Shown here: in pieces, positions 33,968 through 46,400 of the stretch
How positions within the stretch are numbered: the stretch's first letter is position 1
Layout: the number at the start of each line of letters is the position of its first letter
Made by a program: the position numbers and the translations under genes
Assembly: GCA_002269645.1 (NCBI GenBank)
Contig: NIVC01000568.1
Coordinates: 62,001 to 126,000, forward strand
Direction: 5' to 3'
Source: Macrostomum lignano
Lineage: Eukaryota
Length of the DNA stretch: 64,000 nucleotides
The notes under the pieces: model-generated
What the model saw: only the letters and a program-made list of their open reading frames with translations
Told to the model about the DNA's origin: nothing
Database searches by the model: none

Positions 33968-36900
33968 ATGGGCTGGTGTCGCCATGGCAACGACGGATTA
34001 TGTGCCCTGAAAAAGGTCCCACTGCCCACTCCGTCTCACTGCCGAGCACTGCTTCTCCTCTCGTGTTCGGCTGGCACCTTGCCTATCCGGTGTCTCTGTT
34101 GCAAAAACGTCTCTGCAACAGCTGCTCCTCCTGTGGGATTTAAGCTCCTCCATGCTCGCAAAGTTTTTCAGAATAACACTATTGACAGGGTACCTTTTCC
34201 TAGCCAGGTAAATGCAACATGATTGATTGTATGAATTCTAACGCAAATAAAAAGGACAGAGCAATGAGATACATGTACGAATGTGCGAGGTCAGGAACTT
34301 CTGTTGACCCATAGTGCAACAACTCTAATTGTTCAGCTTCATCGAAAATCCAGACAGCAGCCCCAACTGCCCCACAGCCATCCCCACTCTCACCCGAAAC
34401 CCCAGCTGCCCCACAGCCATCCCCACTCTCACCCGCAACCCCAGCTGCCCCACAGCCATCCCCACTCTCAACCGCAACCCCAGCTGCCCCACAGCCATCC
34501 CCCACTCTCACCCGCAACCCCAGCTGCCCCACAGCCATCCCCCACTCTCACCCGCAACCCCAGCTGCCCCACAGCCATCCCCCACTCTCACCCGCAACTC
34601 CATCTGCCCCACAGCCATCCCCACTCTCACCAGCAACCCAGCTGCCCCACAGACATCCCCCACAGTCCCAACAAAATAGACCAGTGTTACAATGAGCCAA
34701 CTAAACCAGGCAGTCCGAACCCTCACCAATCGATCCCACAGGCCCCGCAGCAACCGGCAGTGTCCGTGCACCTTGCCGAGGCTGGCGAGTCCCCGGCCGA
34801 GCCCAGAGCCTCTAGCCAGCACCGCAGCTGCTATTCGGTGTGGAGCGACCTGGCCGATTCGCTTGGCTCCCCCAACCAGTCGCTGCCCTACAGATACCGG
34901 CCCGAGCACACCGACAGGGTCCTCACCCTGACTGCCGGGCCCAACCGCAGCACCAGCTGCTTGGTGGAGTTCCTGCCGTTTCATCCGGTGGCGTTCACCT
35001 TCCTTCTGGCTGTCCTGCTGCTGTCTCTCGTCGGCAACTTGACGGTGTTTGGCACGCTGTACACAAACCGCAGGCGCTGGGGTCGTGTGAACCATTTCCT
35101 GGTGTACCTGTGCCTGTCAGACCTGGCCGTGTTGATCACGCCGCTGGTCGAGCTGTTCACCTTGGCGACGCGAACCTGGTACGGCGGCTCGGAGCTGTGC
35201 AAACTGTACCGAGTGGTGTCCACCTTCGGTCTGTACCTGTCCTCGTTTATTGTCACCTCGATCGCGGTGGACAGGTACACCGCTGTGACGGCTAGACCGC
35301 AGAGCGTCAGGACCAGCCTGCGGAGGGCTCGCCTGATGCTGGCAGCATCCGTGATCATCTCGCTGGTCTGCAGTCTGCCTCAGGTTCATGGCTGCGTGTC
35401 AGTCACGTCAGCTCAGTGTTAATTAGCTTCAGCATTCACGCCATCAGAATGTACATCACTGTGTCAGCATTCACGCCATCAGAATGTACATCACTGTGTC
35501 AGCATTCACGCCATCAGAATGTACATCACTGTGTCAGCATTCACGCCATCAGAATGTACATCACTGTGTCAGTATTCGCGCCATCAGAATGTACAACACT
35601 GTGTCAGCGTTCACTCCATCAGAATGTACATCATTGTCAGAATTCACGCCATCAACTGTACGCATTCACAATCAAAACTTTCAGATCACCACAGCCTTCA
35701 CCATTTTTAATATCTTCACTCCCCTTTTCAACACAGACGCCATTCACCTTGCAAAAGTTCAAAAACTCGCACCTGCGGTGCAGCTGCCTTCAATTCAACA
35801 CAAAGGGGAATTTTCGAAAACCGGAATACCTTAACTCAAGCAGAGAATGTTGGCCTTTGAGCATCCGCTTTAAGTATGCTGCTAATAATTTGAGGGATAA
35901 GAGGCATTGAGTAGCAGCTGCCACCCCCCTCCCGCCGGCAGTAATCCCATCTCCCTAGACGGCTTAGGCCGTGAGCAGCTTAACCGAAGCTAGCGGCGAA
36001 CGGGTCCACAGAGGCGGAGACACCACCATGCACTCGAGTATCAAACTCTCTGACAATGTCACCTCTGGGCGTGGCCTCGCTCTGCCCACCAGTCGAGCTT
36101 TTCAATCAAAGAAATTTTTACTTTTCAATACGTCCTACTCTTTCTTAGAAAGAGGTTCAGCAAAGAATTAAGGATTTTCCTAATGGACCGAGACTTCCGG
36201 GAGAAGAGAAGAGGAAAAGCTGATAAAAGTTGGGGATTAAGCTGACAGCTACTGTAGAAAAGAGTTAATTGAAAGCGAATTTCTCGCAAAACTCGCAAAA
36301 ACTTTTCAAATTAAACTGCTAAACCTCTATGCATTAATGCGCCCAAATCTCAAAATCCAGTTGGTGACGGAAGCTTGATTAGCAAGATTTTGCTAAGCCT
36401 CATCTTTCTCCGTCTGTTTTATCAAATTTACGCCAGACATTTTTTTGCCTTCTCGTGACTTCTCGTATTACTCAGACAGGGGCTGACTTAAGTTACGGCC
36501 ACACCTCTGCGCTTGTTTCCCACACTGATTGGCACTGACAATTGGCATCACGCAACAATCCAGATGAATCCCATGGCATGCACGAAATTATTGACTACAG
36601 GAGCTAGTTATCACTGCGCCTCTGAGGGGCGTGGCTGCAAGACGGTATCGTGAAACACACATTCTCACCTGACAGTATCCTCAAACACACATTCTCACCT
36701 GACAGTATCCTCAAACACACATTCTCACCTGACCGTATCCTCAAACACACATTCTCACCTGACAGTATCCTCAAACACACATTCTCACCTGACAGTATCC
36801 TCAAACACACATTCTCACCACCTGACAGTATCCTCAAACACACATTCTCACCTGACCGTATCCTCAAACACACATTCTCACCTGACAGTATCCTCAAACA

Positions 36901-39900
36901 CACATTCTCACCTGACAGTATCCTCAAACACACATTCTCACCTGACCGTATCCTCAAACACACATTCTCATCACCTGACAGTATCCTCAAACACACATTC
37001 TCATCACCTGACGGTATCCTCAAACACACATTCTCACCTGACAGTTTCCTCAAACACACATTCTCACCTGACAGTATCCTCAAACACACATTCTCACCTG
37101 ACAGTATCCTCAAACACACATTCTCACCTGACAGTATCCTCAAACACACATTCTCATCACCTGACGGTATCCTCAAACACACATTCTCAGCACCTGACAG
37201 TATCCTCAAACACACATTCTCATCACCTGACAGTATCCTCAAACACACATTCTCACCACCTGACAGTATCCTCAAACACACATTCTCATCACCTGACGGT
37301 ATCCTCAAACACACATTCTCAGCACCTGACAGTATCCTCAAACACACATTCTCATCACCTGACCGTATCCTCAAACACACATTCTCACCTGACAGTATCC
37401 TCAAACACACATTCTCACCTGACAGTATCCTCAAACACACATTCTCACCTGACCGTATCCTCAAACACACATTCTCATCACCTGACAGTATCCTCAAACA
37501 CACATTCTCATCACCTGACGGTATCCTCAAACACACATTCTCACCTGACAGTTTCCTCAAACACACATTCTCACCTGACAGTATCCTCAAACACACATTC
37601 TCACCTGACAGTATCCTCAAACACACATTCTCACCTGACAGTATCCTCAAACACACATTCTCACCTGACCGTATCCTCAAACACACATTCTCACCTGACA
37701 GTATCCTCAAACACACATTCTCACCTGACAGTATCCTCAAACACACATTCTCATCACCTGACGGTATCCTCAAACACACATTCTCACCTGACCGTATCCT
37801 CAAACACACATTCTCATCACCTGACAGTTTCCTCAAACACACATTCTCATCACCTGACAGTATCCTCAAACACACATTCTCATCACCTGACAGTATCCTC
37901 AAACACACATTCTCATCACCTGACAGTATCCTCAAACACACATTCTCATCACCTGACGGTATCCTCAAACACACATTCTCAGCACCTGACAGTATCCTCA
38001 AACACACATTCTCATCACCTGACAGTATCCTCAAACACACATTCTCACCACCTGACAGTATCCTCAAACACACATTCTCATCACCTGACGGTATCCTCAA
38101 ACACACATTCTCAGCACCTGACAGTATCCTCAAACACACATTCTCATCACCTGACGGTATCCTCAAACACACACTCTCACACTCAGACTCTGCACAAAAC
38201 TTTCACAGGCTGCGGTATTCGACGTGTACGAGAGCAATTTCTTTCACGAATACAACATGGTCTGTCTGGAGAAATTCGTGGCCGAGCAGCAGACGGGAAG
38301 CGCGGTTTTCAAGCGACGGTGTTACAACTTGTTCGCCTTCTTCATGATGTACGGCCTCCCGCTGGCCACCATCACCTGGTGCTACTCCAGAATCTTCTGC
38401 GTTCTTAACAACAAAAGCCGGGAGCACCACGGTGAGTGTCTTATTGGCGACGAAGCTCAGGACTGCTGTACACCCTGTGTGAGTATGTACATGTACCATC
38501 GCACGGATCCATTTGCATGCTCGGGGTTGACGGAATAAGAATGAGTGCAGAGCTTTGCTTGCCTCCCAGCTGACTGCAGGTATGAATGACGCTACACAAG
38601 ATTTTCTCCTTTGTCGATGGCGAAGCCCCATTCAGCGCTATGCATTCGCCAGAGCGATCGGACAAACAAACGCACCTTACTGAACTCCAGCTCATTTCTA
38701 GGAAAATCGAGTGTAGCATCCTTCGAATTCATATGTACACGAGTGAATGAACTAAATTAATTAGCTGTCTAACACCAGCTACAGTAGTTATCCACGGTCA
38801 GGAGCTTCTGCTGGGGGTCTCGACCTAACCCTTCGGCGACGTCGTAGATAGCAGAAAGATCTGGGAAGGTACCGGTGGATCAGTCTGAGGATCTGGGAAG
38901 GTACCGGTGGATCAGTCTGAGGATCTGGGAAGGTACCGGTGGATCAGTCTGAGGATTTGGGAAGGTACCGGTGGATCAGTCTGAGGATCTGGGAAGGTAC
39001 CAGTCGATCAGTCTGAGGATCTGGGAGGGCCGGTGGCCCAGCCAAAGATAATTCAGAGTGCAGATTGCAGCTCAATCCATGTCAAATATTTTAAGTGACC
39101 ATCAGTACTAAAACAGGAGTAACCAAGTAAAGAGTAGGCTCGGCCTACTATGATACGCATTGCAGAGCACTGCATCTGTCATCAGCAGTGGCATTCTCAG
39201 GCTGAGTCGGCGGACTCCGCCAGGCTGAACCAGACTGTGGTGGCTGCTGGCGCTCTCAATCCGACAGCCATCGCGGCCAGACGGTGCGACGACCCGCGCA
39301 ACATCGACTCGGCCAGGAGGAGCACGCTGCGCATGACCGTCACCATCGGTGAGCCGCCAACAAGAGGGGGGAGGGGAGAGGGAGACTATACGACTCATCA
39401 ATCAGCATCTAAAGACTTCACTTTACGTAGACACGCACCAGCAGCCAGTGGCCTCTTTCGGATTAACTTGTTTCTACGTAAATTGTCGAAAAAATATCGT
39501 CTCATTGACAAAAACGGTACCAGGAAGTGCCTGCTTCTTATGAACACTAATTAGGTCATTAAGTCCCATGATCGAAGCTACCAATGTGCAAATCCATTTG
39601 GTACGCGAGTCATTAGACGTTGAATTGCAATATATTACCTAATTAAATTTTCTAAATTTCAATGAAAGATGGAACGCTATCGAAATTCCCGTGTACGTAC
39701 TGTCTGTCTATCTAATCGGGACTAGTGCCTCCGCCGGGAGTCCCTTCCTCTCGACTCCAACTACCATCAGCTCTTGCCAGACCTGCTCGCTCTCAGAGAG
39801 AATAGCCAGGGGTGTAGCCGTGAGATCAAAGAGAAAATCTTTCTTTAATCTTCATCGTCTGACCTCATTGCTTTCCTAGTGAGGAAACTGGCTCAGGTAA

Positions 39901-42727
39901 ACAGCCCGTTTGGCCAATTCAGGTCAGAGTTATTTTATTAATATGAAATTAGTTTTAACTATTATTATTTTTAATGCTATTATTTTTTCGACGTAACGCA
40001 AGTTAAAATCTCGCGCAAAAACCGAGTATTGAAGCTGATTTATGAAGCCTCAGGCCAGTTGGATTCTGGCTTGCGTCATGTCTTTGATGAATTTTACTAG
40101 AATTTCCATTGTGTCTCTATCTTCTTGAGCTATTAAATGTAAGGTAAAATACGTTATCATCTGCAGTAAATTATACATTGGCAGGTCCAATTCCCGTAAG
40201 GGATCTTTGGTCTCGCAGTCCTCATCAGTGATTAGTATCAATATATATCATCAACCATGGGCTAGATTTGCAGCCTAGTGGTTGGAGCGTCGTACTCAGG
40301 TGAAAGGTCAGGGGTTCGATTCTCAACCGAGTCGGAACAATTTGTGTCCTTGAGCAAGACACTTAACTCTGCATTGCTTCAGTTCACCCAGCTGTAAAAT
40401 GGGTGCCAGCATTAGCTGGGGTAATTGAGGGTGTGTGTGGCGACCCCCCCCCCAGTCCTTAGACTGAACAGCCGTACGCAGCCTTCAGATGAGCTGTCGG
40501 TTGCACACCTACGTAGATCAGGACGATAAACAGTCGATTTTTCTTAGAAATGAACCACAGGCCAGGGAGGAAGGCACTCGCTCGTATATTTGTGGAGAAA
40601 TCCGTTTCTTTCTCTCGAACGAATTCGTCTATGGCAATTCAGCGCTGTGCATTCTCTAGTAGATCGCATACTGAGTGCATTCTGACAAATGAATTCGACA
40701 AATAACGGCTTCCAGTTCATTTCTAGGAAAATCGAGTTGTAGCGGCCTTCTATACTTCGGAGCAAGAGAGACTGTTTTATTATTTTACAGGATAGAGCAG
40801 AAATCAATTCGATAGATGTTTTGTTAAAGATAAAAATATATTGCACAGAAAATAGAAACAAAAAGCAATGACATCGGGAAAAATGACGCAAATAGGATTA
40901 ACAGGAAATGAGGAAGCAGGTAGAAGAGATGCAGAGTGCGGCATATCAGGCAATCACTTATCAGAACTTGCGATCAAAAACGGATTTGAGAAAAGGGGAA
41001 TAGGGAGAGGCAGAGCAGAGGAAGCAGCCGCTAGCTAAATTTGAGTTAAATGACAGACAAATTACGTAAAAGTCTTTAAGAGGAAGCGCAGATGTGCCAG
41101 AGGATTTGGAGCGGTTTTCAACTAGAGTACAAGGATATCGAATATCTGAATACGAGCTATGAATTCAATGTTTTTTTTCAGTTCTCGCCTTCCTGCTCTG
41201 CTGGGCGCCCTACTGGTTTGTCACTTTGGCCATGACGTTCTTGCCAGAGGGCAGCAAACAGTAAGAGAAGCCTTCAATTAATAATTTATAAAAGTGCAAG
41301 TCTGTCGCTTTCACCGACCGGCTATTCTCGTTTCAGTAAGTCATCGGAAACTGATGTTGTCTATCTCTGTTTGACCTTCGCCTTCACCAACTCCTGCGTG
41401 AACCCGATGATCTACGGTAGGTCTCCGGCTAATGGAGACGATATTGTTTATGTTATCTTTATTCCCTTACTGCAAAATCTAAAGCTGTCTTGGAGTCATG
41501 TCTCAAGGGCTTAATGTCTGAGTCATGAGGTGTCTTGGGGGTCTCGGAGTCTCGAGGGATTTCCAGATCTCTAGGGGATATCGGAGATCTCGAGAGACAA
41601 TGGGGGATCTGCGGGATTCGCAAAAGATCTCGAGGGATTCCGGGAATCGCAACGGGGATCTTGGGGTCTCTTGGGTCTCTTGGGATCTCTTTGGTCTCTT
41701 GGGATCTCTTTGATCTCTTGGGATCTCTTGGGATCTCTTTGGTCTCTTAGGATCTCTTTGGTCTCTTGGGATCTCTTTAGTCTCTTTGGATCTCTTGGGC
41801 ATCTTCGGATCTCTTATGATCCTTTGGGATCATAATCATCTTTCGAGATCTTTTGAGATCTCTTGGTATCTCTTAGGATCTTTTGGAATCTTTTAAGATC
41901 TCTTGAGATCCTTTGGAATCTCTTGAGATCCTTTGAGATCTTTTGAAATTTTCTGGGATCTTTTATGATTCTTTGGGATCTCTTGGGATCCTTTGAGATC
42001 TTTTGAAATTTTCTGGGATCTTTTATGATTCTTTGGGATCTCTTGGGATCCTTTGAGATCTTTTGAAATTTTCTGGGATCTTTTATGATTCTTTGGGATC
42101 TCTTGGGATCCTTTGAATCTCATTGGGCTCTTGGGACCTTGAAGATCTGTGGGATCTCAAATGATTTTCGGAGATCTTTTGAGAGGCAGTAAATTCCGGA
42201 ATGGGAACCGTGAGGAGAGATCGAAATGTTGACACCCTCCGACCGCAGGCATGTTCACCCGGCAGTGCCGCAGTTGCCTCAAGCAGATGGTACCAAAGTC
42301 GGAGCCGGACCTCGAAGGAGTCGCCGTCGAGCTGAACACGGCCGCTGCAATCGCTGCTGCTCGCCGCGCCCGTCGAGAAGCTGCCGCCAACAAAGACTTG
42401 GACGAATTGGACTTCGACGACTGCAGCGGCGCGAGTTTCTGCCCGCATCACGGAGTCTACGTGCCGCCAGGCTGGCAGCAGCGGAGTCGCCGACGCCGCG
42501 AGCGCCGTGCCGCCAGATGCGGCTCGGACGAGACGCCGATGGGGGCTTCGCGCAAGGATCAACAGGAGGATCGGTCGGATGGCCTCGCCTCGGAGGGAGA
42601 CAGAAAGCCGCCAGTTTCTGAGAGCAGGTCCAGGGTGCTGCGGCTGGTGCGAAACGATTTTCATTGCAGCTTGGACCACAGCGGCTGCTCTACGTCGTCT
42701 GCCGTTGCGGCCGACTGGGCATTCTAG
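33968..42727 (+). CDS. Rhodopsin-class peptide GPCR, GnRH/AKH/corazonin/vasopressin receptor superfamily-like
   Basis: Phase-compatible exons: exon ending at 35383 (TM1-TM4: GNLTV, YLCLSDL, ELCKLY, SIAVDRY, SLPQ with a phase-0 intron), 38209-38431 (ECL2 Cys, TM5 YNLFAFFMMYGLP), 39166-39348 (ICL3, ARRSTLRMTVTI), 41182-41260 (TM6 FLLCWAPY), 41337-41416 (TM7 NSCVNPMIY), 42249-42727 (C-tail). The TM1 exon has no in-frame ATG. Candidate first exon 33968-34207 has a strong GTAAAT donor and NVS/NNT sequons; its acceptor partner (34337, 34741 or 34751) is unresolved. Confidence 0.88.
34358..34660. repeat. 39-bp minisatellite (CCCAGCTGCCCCACAGCCATCCCCACTCTCACCCGCAAC)
   Basis: About 7 units, upstream of and in frame with the GPCR TM1 exon. 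Confidence 0.92.
35429..35655. repeat. 35-bp minisatellite (CAGCATTCACGCCATCAGAATGTACATCACTGTGT)
   Basis: Direct reading. Confidence 0.92.
35925..36098 (-). mobile_element. Possible second tRNA-derived SINE family (single copy)
   Basis: Minus strand reads A-box-like GCTCGACTGGT..AGAGCG and B-box-like GAGTTTGATACTC, then a GC-rich body unlike the CORE copies. Confidence 0.3.
36645..38175. repeat. 30/33-bp satellite (CAGTATCCTCAAACACACATTCTCA[NCA]CCTGA), about 49 units
   Basis: Direct reading; fills the GPCR intron up to the acceptor at 38208. Confidence 0.97.
38858..39027. repeat. 32-bp minisatellite (GATCTGGGAAGGTACCGGTGGATCAGTCTGAG)
   Basis: About 5 units. Confidence 0.92.
40264..40510 (+). 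mobile_element. tRNA-derived CORE-like SINE, copy 3 (variant head, internal deletion)
   Basis: B-box GGTTCGATTC and body match copies 1 and 2; lacks the GCGCCGCGCAATAGCTGCGGCT segment. Confidence 0.85.
41530..42180. repeat. Degenerate GGGATCTCTT 10-mer satellite containing a 60-bp higher-order repeat (41941-42120)
   Basis: Three consecutive, essentially identical 60-nt blocks. Confidence 0.9.
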
Positions 42728-42782
42728 CGGCCTGTGCAGTGTTAATAAGCTGGGATCTGGCCTGCTTGGGGCCTGGAGGTTG

Positions 42783-43430
42783 GGTCTTAGATGGTTGGGG
42801 TCTGGATGGTTGGGGCTGCTTGGGGCCTGGATGGCTGGGGCTGCTTGGGGCCTGGATGGTTGGGGCTGCTTGGGGCCTGGATGGTTGGGGCTGCTTGGGG
42901 CCTGGATGGTTGGGGCTGCTTGGGGCCTGGATGGTTGGGGCTGCTTGGGGCCTGGATGGTTGGGGCTGCTTGGGGCCTGGATGGTTGGGGCTGCTTGGGG
43001 CCTGGATGGTTGGGGCTGCTTGGGGCCTGGATGGTTGGGGCTGCTTGGGGCCTGGATGGTTGGGGCTGCTTGGGGCCTGGATGGTTGGGGCTGCTTGGGG
43101 CCTGGATGGTTGGGGCTGCTTGGGGCCTGGATGGTTGGGGCTGCTTGGGGCCAAGGACTACTAGACTAGATAACGAAGTGTTCCTAGTGGTCCTTGCTTG
43201 GGGCCTGGATGGTTGGGGCTGCTTGGGGCCTGGATGGTTGGGCTGCTTGGGGCCTTGATGGTTGGGGCTGCTCGGGACCTTGATGGTTGGGCTGCTTGGG
43301 GCCTGGATGGTTGGGGCTGCTTGGGGCCTTGATGGTTGGGCTGCTCGGGGCCTTGATGGTTGGGCTGCTTGGGGCTGCTTGGGATCTGGATGGTTGGGGC
43401 TGCTTGGGGCTACTTGGGGCCTGGACGGTT
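42783..43430. repeat. 25-bp minisatellite (TGGATGGTTGGGGCTGCTTGGGGCC)
   Basis: Direct reading; starts just after the GPCR stop codon. Confidence 0.96.
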
Positions 43431-46400
43431 GATCGTTCGAAAGCATGAGTTAAACTCTGGACATTCAGTTTAATACTGATTTCATAATCCTGTTCAACAG
43501 AGTATCACAATAATACGATGCACTTTATCTGAATTTATCACTCTGTGTTGTGCCTGCCTTTGGTTTGTGCGAACGCATTCCACACTGTTTACGTACAGTC
43601 TGCTTTAAGTGAACCAACTTCTGAACTTAGCGTTGCAGTTTTATCGACTTTACATGCACATGTACTATGTGTCCTCGCTTTATATTAATAAAACTTTTAA
43701 TATAAACAAGCGCGTATTTAATTAATATTGCACCTCTCTATCTTGCCCGTGGCAGTAGGCGTTGTCACTAGTTTATGCACGTCAAGCTATATTCTATCAA
43801 ATACAGATGCTATACTAAGTATTTGGCGAGTATCTTGCAGCTTTGTCATGGCATAACAGCAGTCGTGTGAAATTTTATTTTCATTTAGTGACAATTTTAA
43901 CGAGCGTTTAGTCCGAGTCATCAGGCAATGCTGCTGCGCCCATATCTTATTGTGACTGTTGCAGCGATGCCCTATTTTATTTTTGACCCGAAAAAAGCAA
44001 GTGGTAAAAAGGACAGATTCCCGAAGCCGTCGGTCTGAGCCGCTGCTCATGTTGACATGTTATCTAATAAATGTGTTTCCGAGCAAGATAACTGAAAGTG
44101 CAGACTGGCTTCGTACGGCTTCTCCCTTGGGGCAGTCGGGCCCTATGCTGGCATCCCGGATGCGAGTCGGGCGAGCATATCTTCCCTTCTCCGACTTTTT
44201 AATCTCCGATTCCACAGAGAGCCAGCAGATATTTTTGCCTGTCCATCTCATTAAGAATTTACTGGGCCTGTCCGTCAAAGGGCCGAAAGAAGTAAGAGCA
44301 GCTGAGTGAGGCGCGGGATTGACGTAAGAGTAGCTATAGGCCCGATGGTGGTGTTGAAATAGAATTTCTAATCTAAATCCGATCGAAAATTGACAGTGTC
44401 TCCATCAAAGATAAAATCGGAGCCCAAACGCGTTATCCATTTAAAGAGAGGAGATTTACCCATTTGGGAAGGAGTCGGCCATTAATAAAACATGCCTATC
44501 AATTTTGGACGAGACGAGGCCCTACAAAAAGTGTGCATGCACATAATTACAATCGGAAACGATAATTAGCTGTTTAGTATAGCTTGCCTTGAGAGAGATC
44601 AAAGGGATTGATTGGAGCCTATGGGCATTTTGAAAATATGAACGGGGATCCTTAGTGTAGCCACAGTGTACAAAAGACACTCACTGCCTAGGGAATGTAT
44701 TAAACTGAGTATTGATATTGATGTCTGGATCAATCGATTGAAATAAATACGATGGTGTGAAGATGCACAGGATAAGAGGTCTGTTGGGCATCCTGGCGCT
44801 ACGTCTTCAGCGATATCGTCCCACAGCTAGTGCTGAGGCAGTTCTGCCCATTCCGCTGACTCTGCTGAGCACGTACAAGAGCGTGGATACCGTACGCAGG
44901 CACGCACTCATGCACAGGCTCACACAGGGTGTACAGCAGCCCTGAATTTCTAATCGTCAGGCATGTACACTCTGTACCATGTGGGTTGACCTTCATGGCT
45001 GTGAATCGCACGACAACCGCCGGCCAGTTTATGTAACGCACTGCTTGTAGCAGGGTCCTGTAGGAGTCTTTAGGAGTGCTGTTTTACCGTTTCATGGTCA
45101 AGATTGTCATGCCATTAAGCGGTTTTCATAGCACAATCATTCCACGTTAAACAGGTGTCTTTGAGTTAATTTTTCTTATGACAGTGCAAAGAGCAGTATA
45201 GACTCTTACGAATTCCTGTAGCACTTCACCCATGGATTACTGGAGAAGACAAAATTCGGTACAGGATTGCAGCTTCTGCGGCAATTAAGGCAATTAACCA
45301 GATTAGGTATTCCTCTCCATCGTCAAAGCCGTCTTCCTCGACAAAGTTCAGATCGAGATGAAGTGCAAAAGGAAGGCAATGTCTCCAATGAGTTTTAGGC
45401 TCCCTGTCATAAGGAGTTCAAGTGCTTTTAACGAGCTACGCACAATCCATGCTATTTACGGGACTATTAATATAAACGGCGTGGTTTGGGCAAGTAATCC
45501 CAGGGGTGTTTCACAAATTGCGTCCTAGGAATTGACCTTTAAGTTTCAAGTTAAGCTCAAAATTGAGACTGAATCGAAAGCTGAGAGTGAGCTAGCTTTC
45601 TGATACAGACCTCGATATAGAGGAAGCGTAAGTCGCTCGACTGACAAAGCATACAAGTCACTCGTCTGATAATTGCTGTGAAAAATAGCTGAGAAACATC
45701 AAATATCCATTCAATTCGACTTAGTACAACTACATGTGTCCTAAAGTTGGAACAGACATTAGGGGGATTTTACTATACAGACTATCTACTTTCGCAAACA
45801 CTTCACCAAGGAATCACTCGGAAGTTCGATACGATCACTCGTAGTTTCTGTATAAGATAAACTCCTCAGTACGCTTTCTGCCACAGACAGCGTATTCTGA
45901 AGAATTTATTATCTTTAAACTTAGACTACGCCAAGAATCCCTACTTCATGCCATAGACATACGATCACCCTCGCTGTAGAGTATGGGTGTCTGGGAAGCC
46001 CGCAGAATCTTCAATCGCAATAAAACTACTTTTTTATTTGACTAATAAGACAGCATGCAGGATCAAGAGTTGGAATTTGGCCTCCTGGATGAGTTCTTCG
46101 GACAGAAACTGCAAGACGAAGCTGACATCATTGATGCGCAAGCCAGATCTTCTGCTGTCTTTCTTCAAGGCGATCACACGTCTGTCGCCTTGGAGCGCTA
46201 CATTGGACTCTCCAGCACGTCAACGCGGTTCGTATCAGCGGTCGTGCAAGGGCAAGGCTGTCCATCGTCCTCCAACACTGCTGGCGTTGAAACAAGACTG
46301 CCAGGTGATGCGCCAGACAAGTCTATCATTCAGCACGGAAATGGAGTGAAAAGTGTGGAAGTGGAGAATGGAAAGGTGACCATCATTTTTATGTAACACT

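Noticed and set aside
36604-38347. 522-aa and 565-aa ORFs on opposite strands
   Set aside because: Both are translations of the 30/33-bp satellite; unit lengths divisible by three keep frames open. The array lies in a GPCR intron.
42507-43446. Trp/Gly-rich and Pro/Gln-rich ORFs
   Set aside because: 25-bp minisatellite downstream of the GPCR stop.
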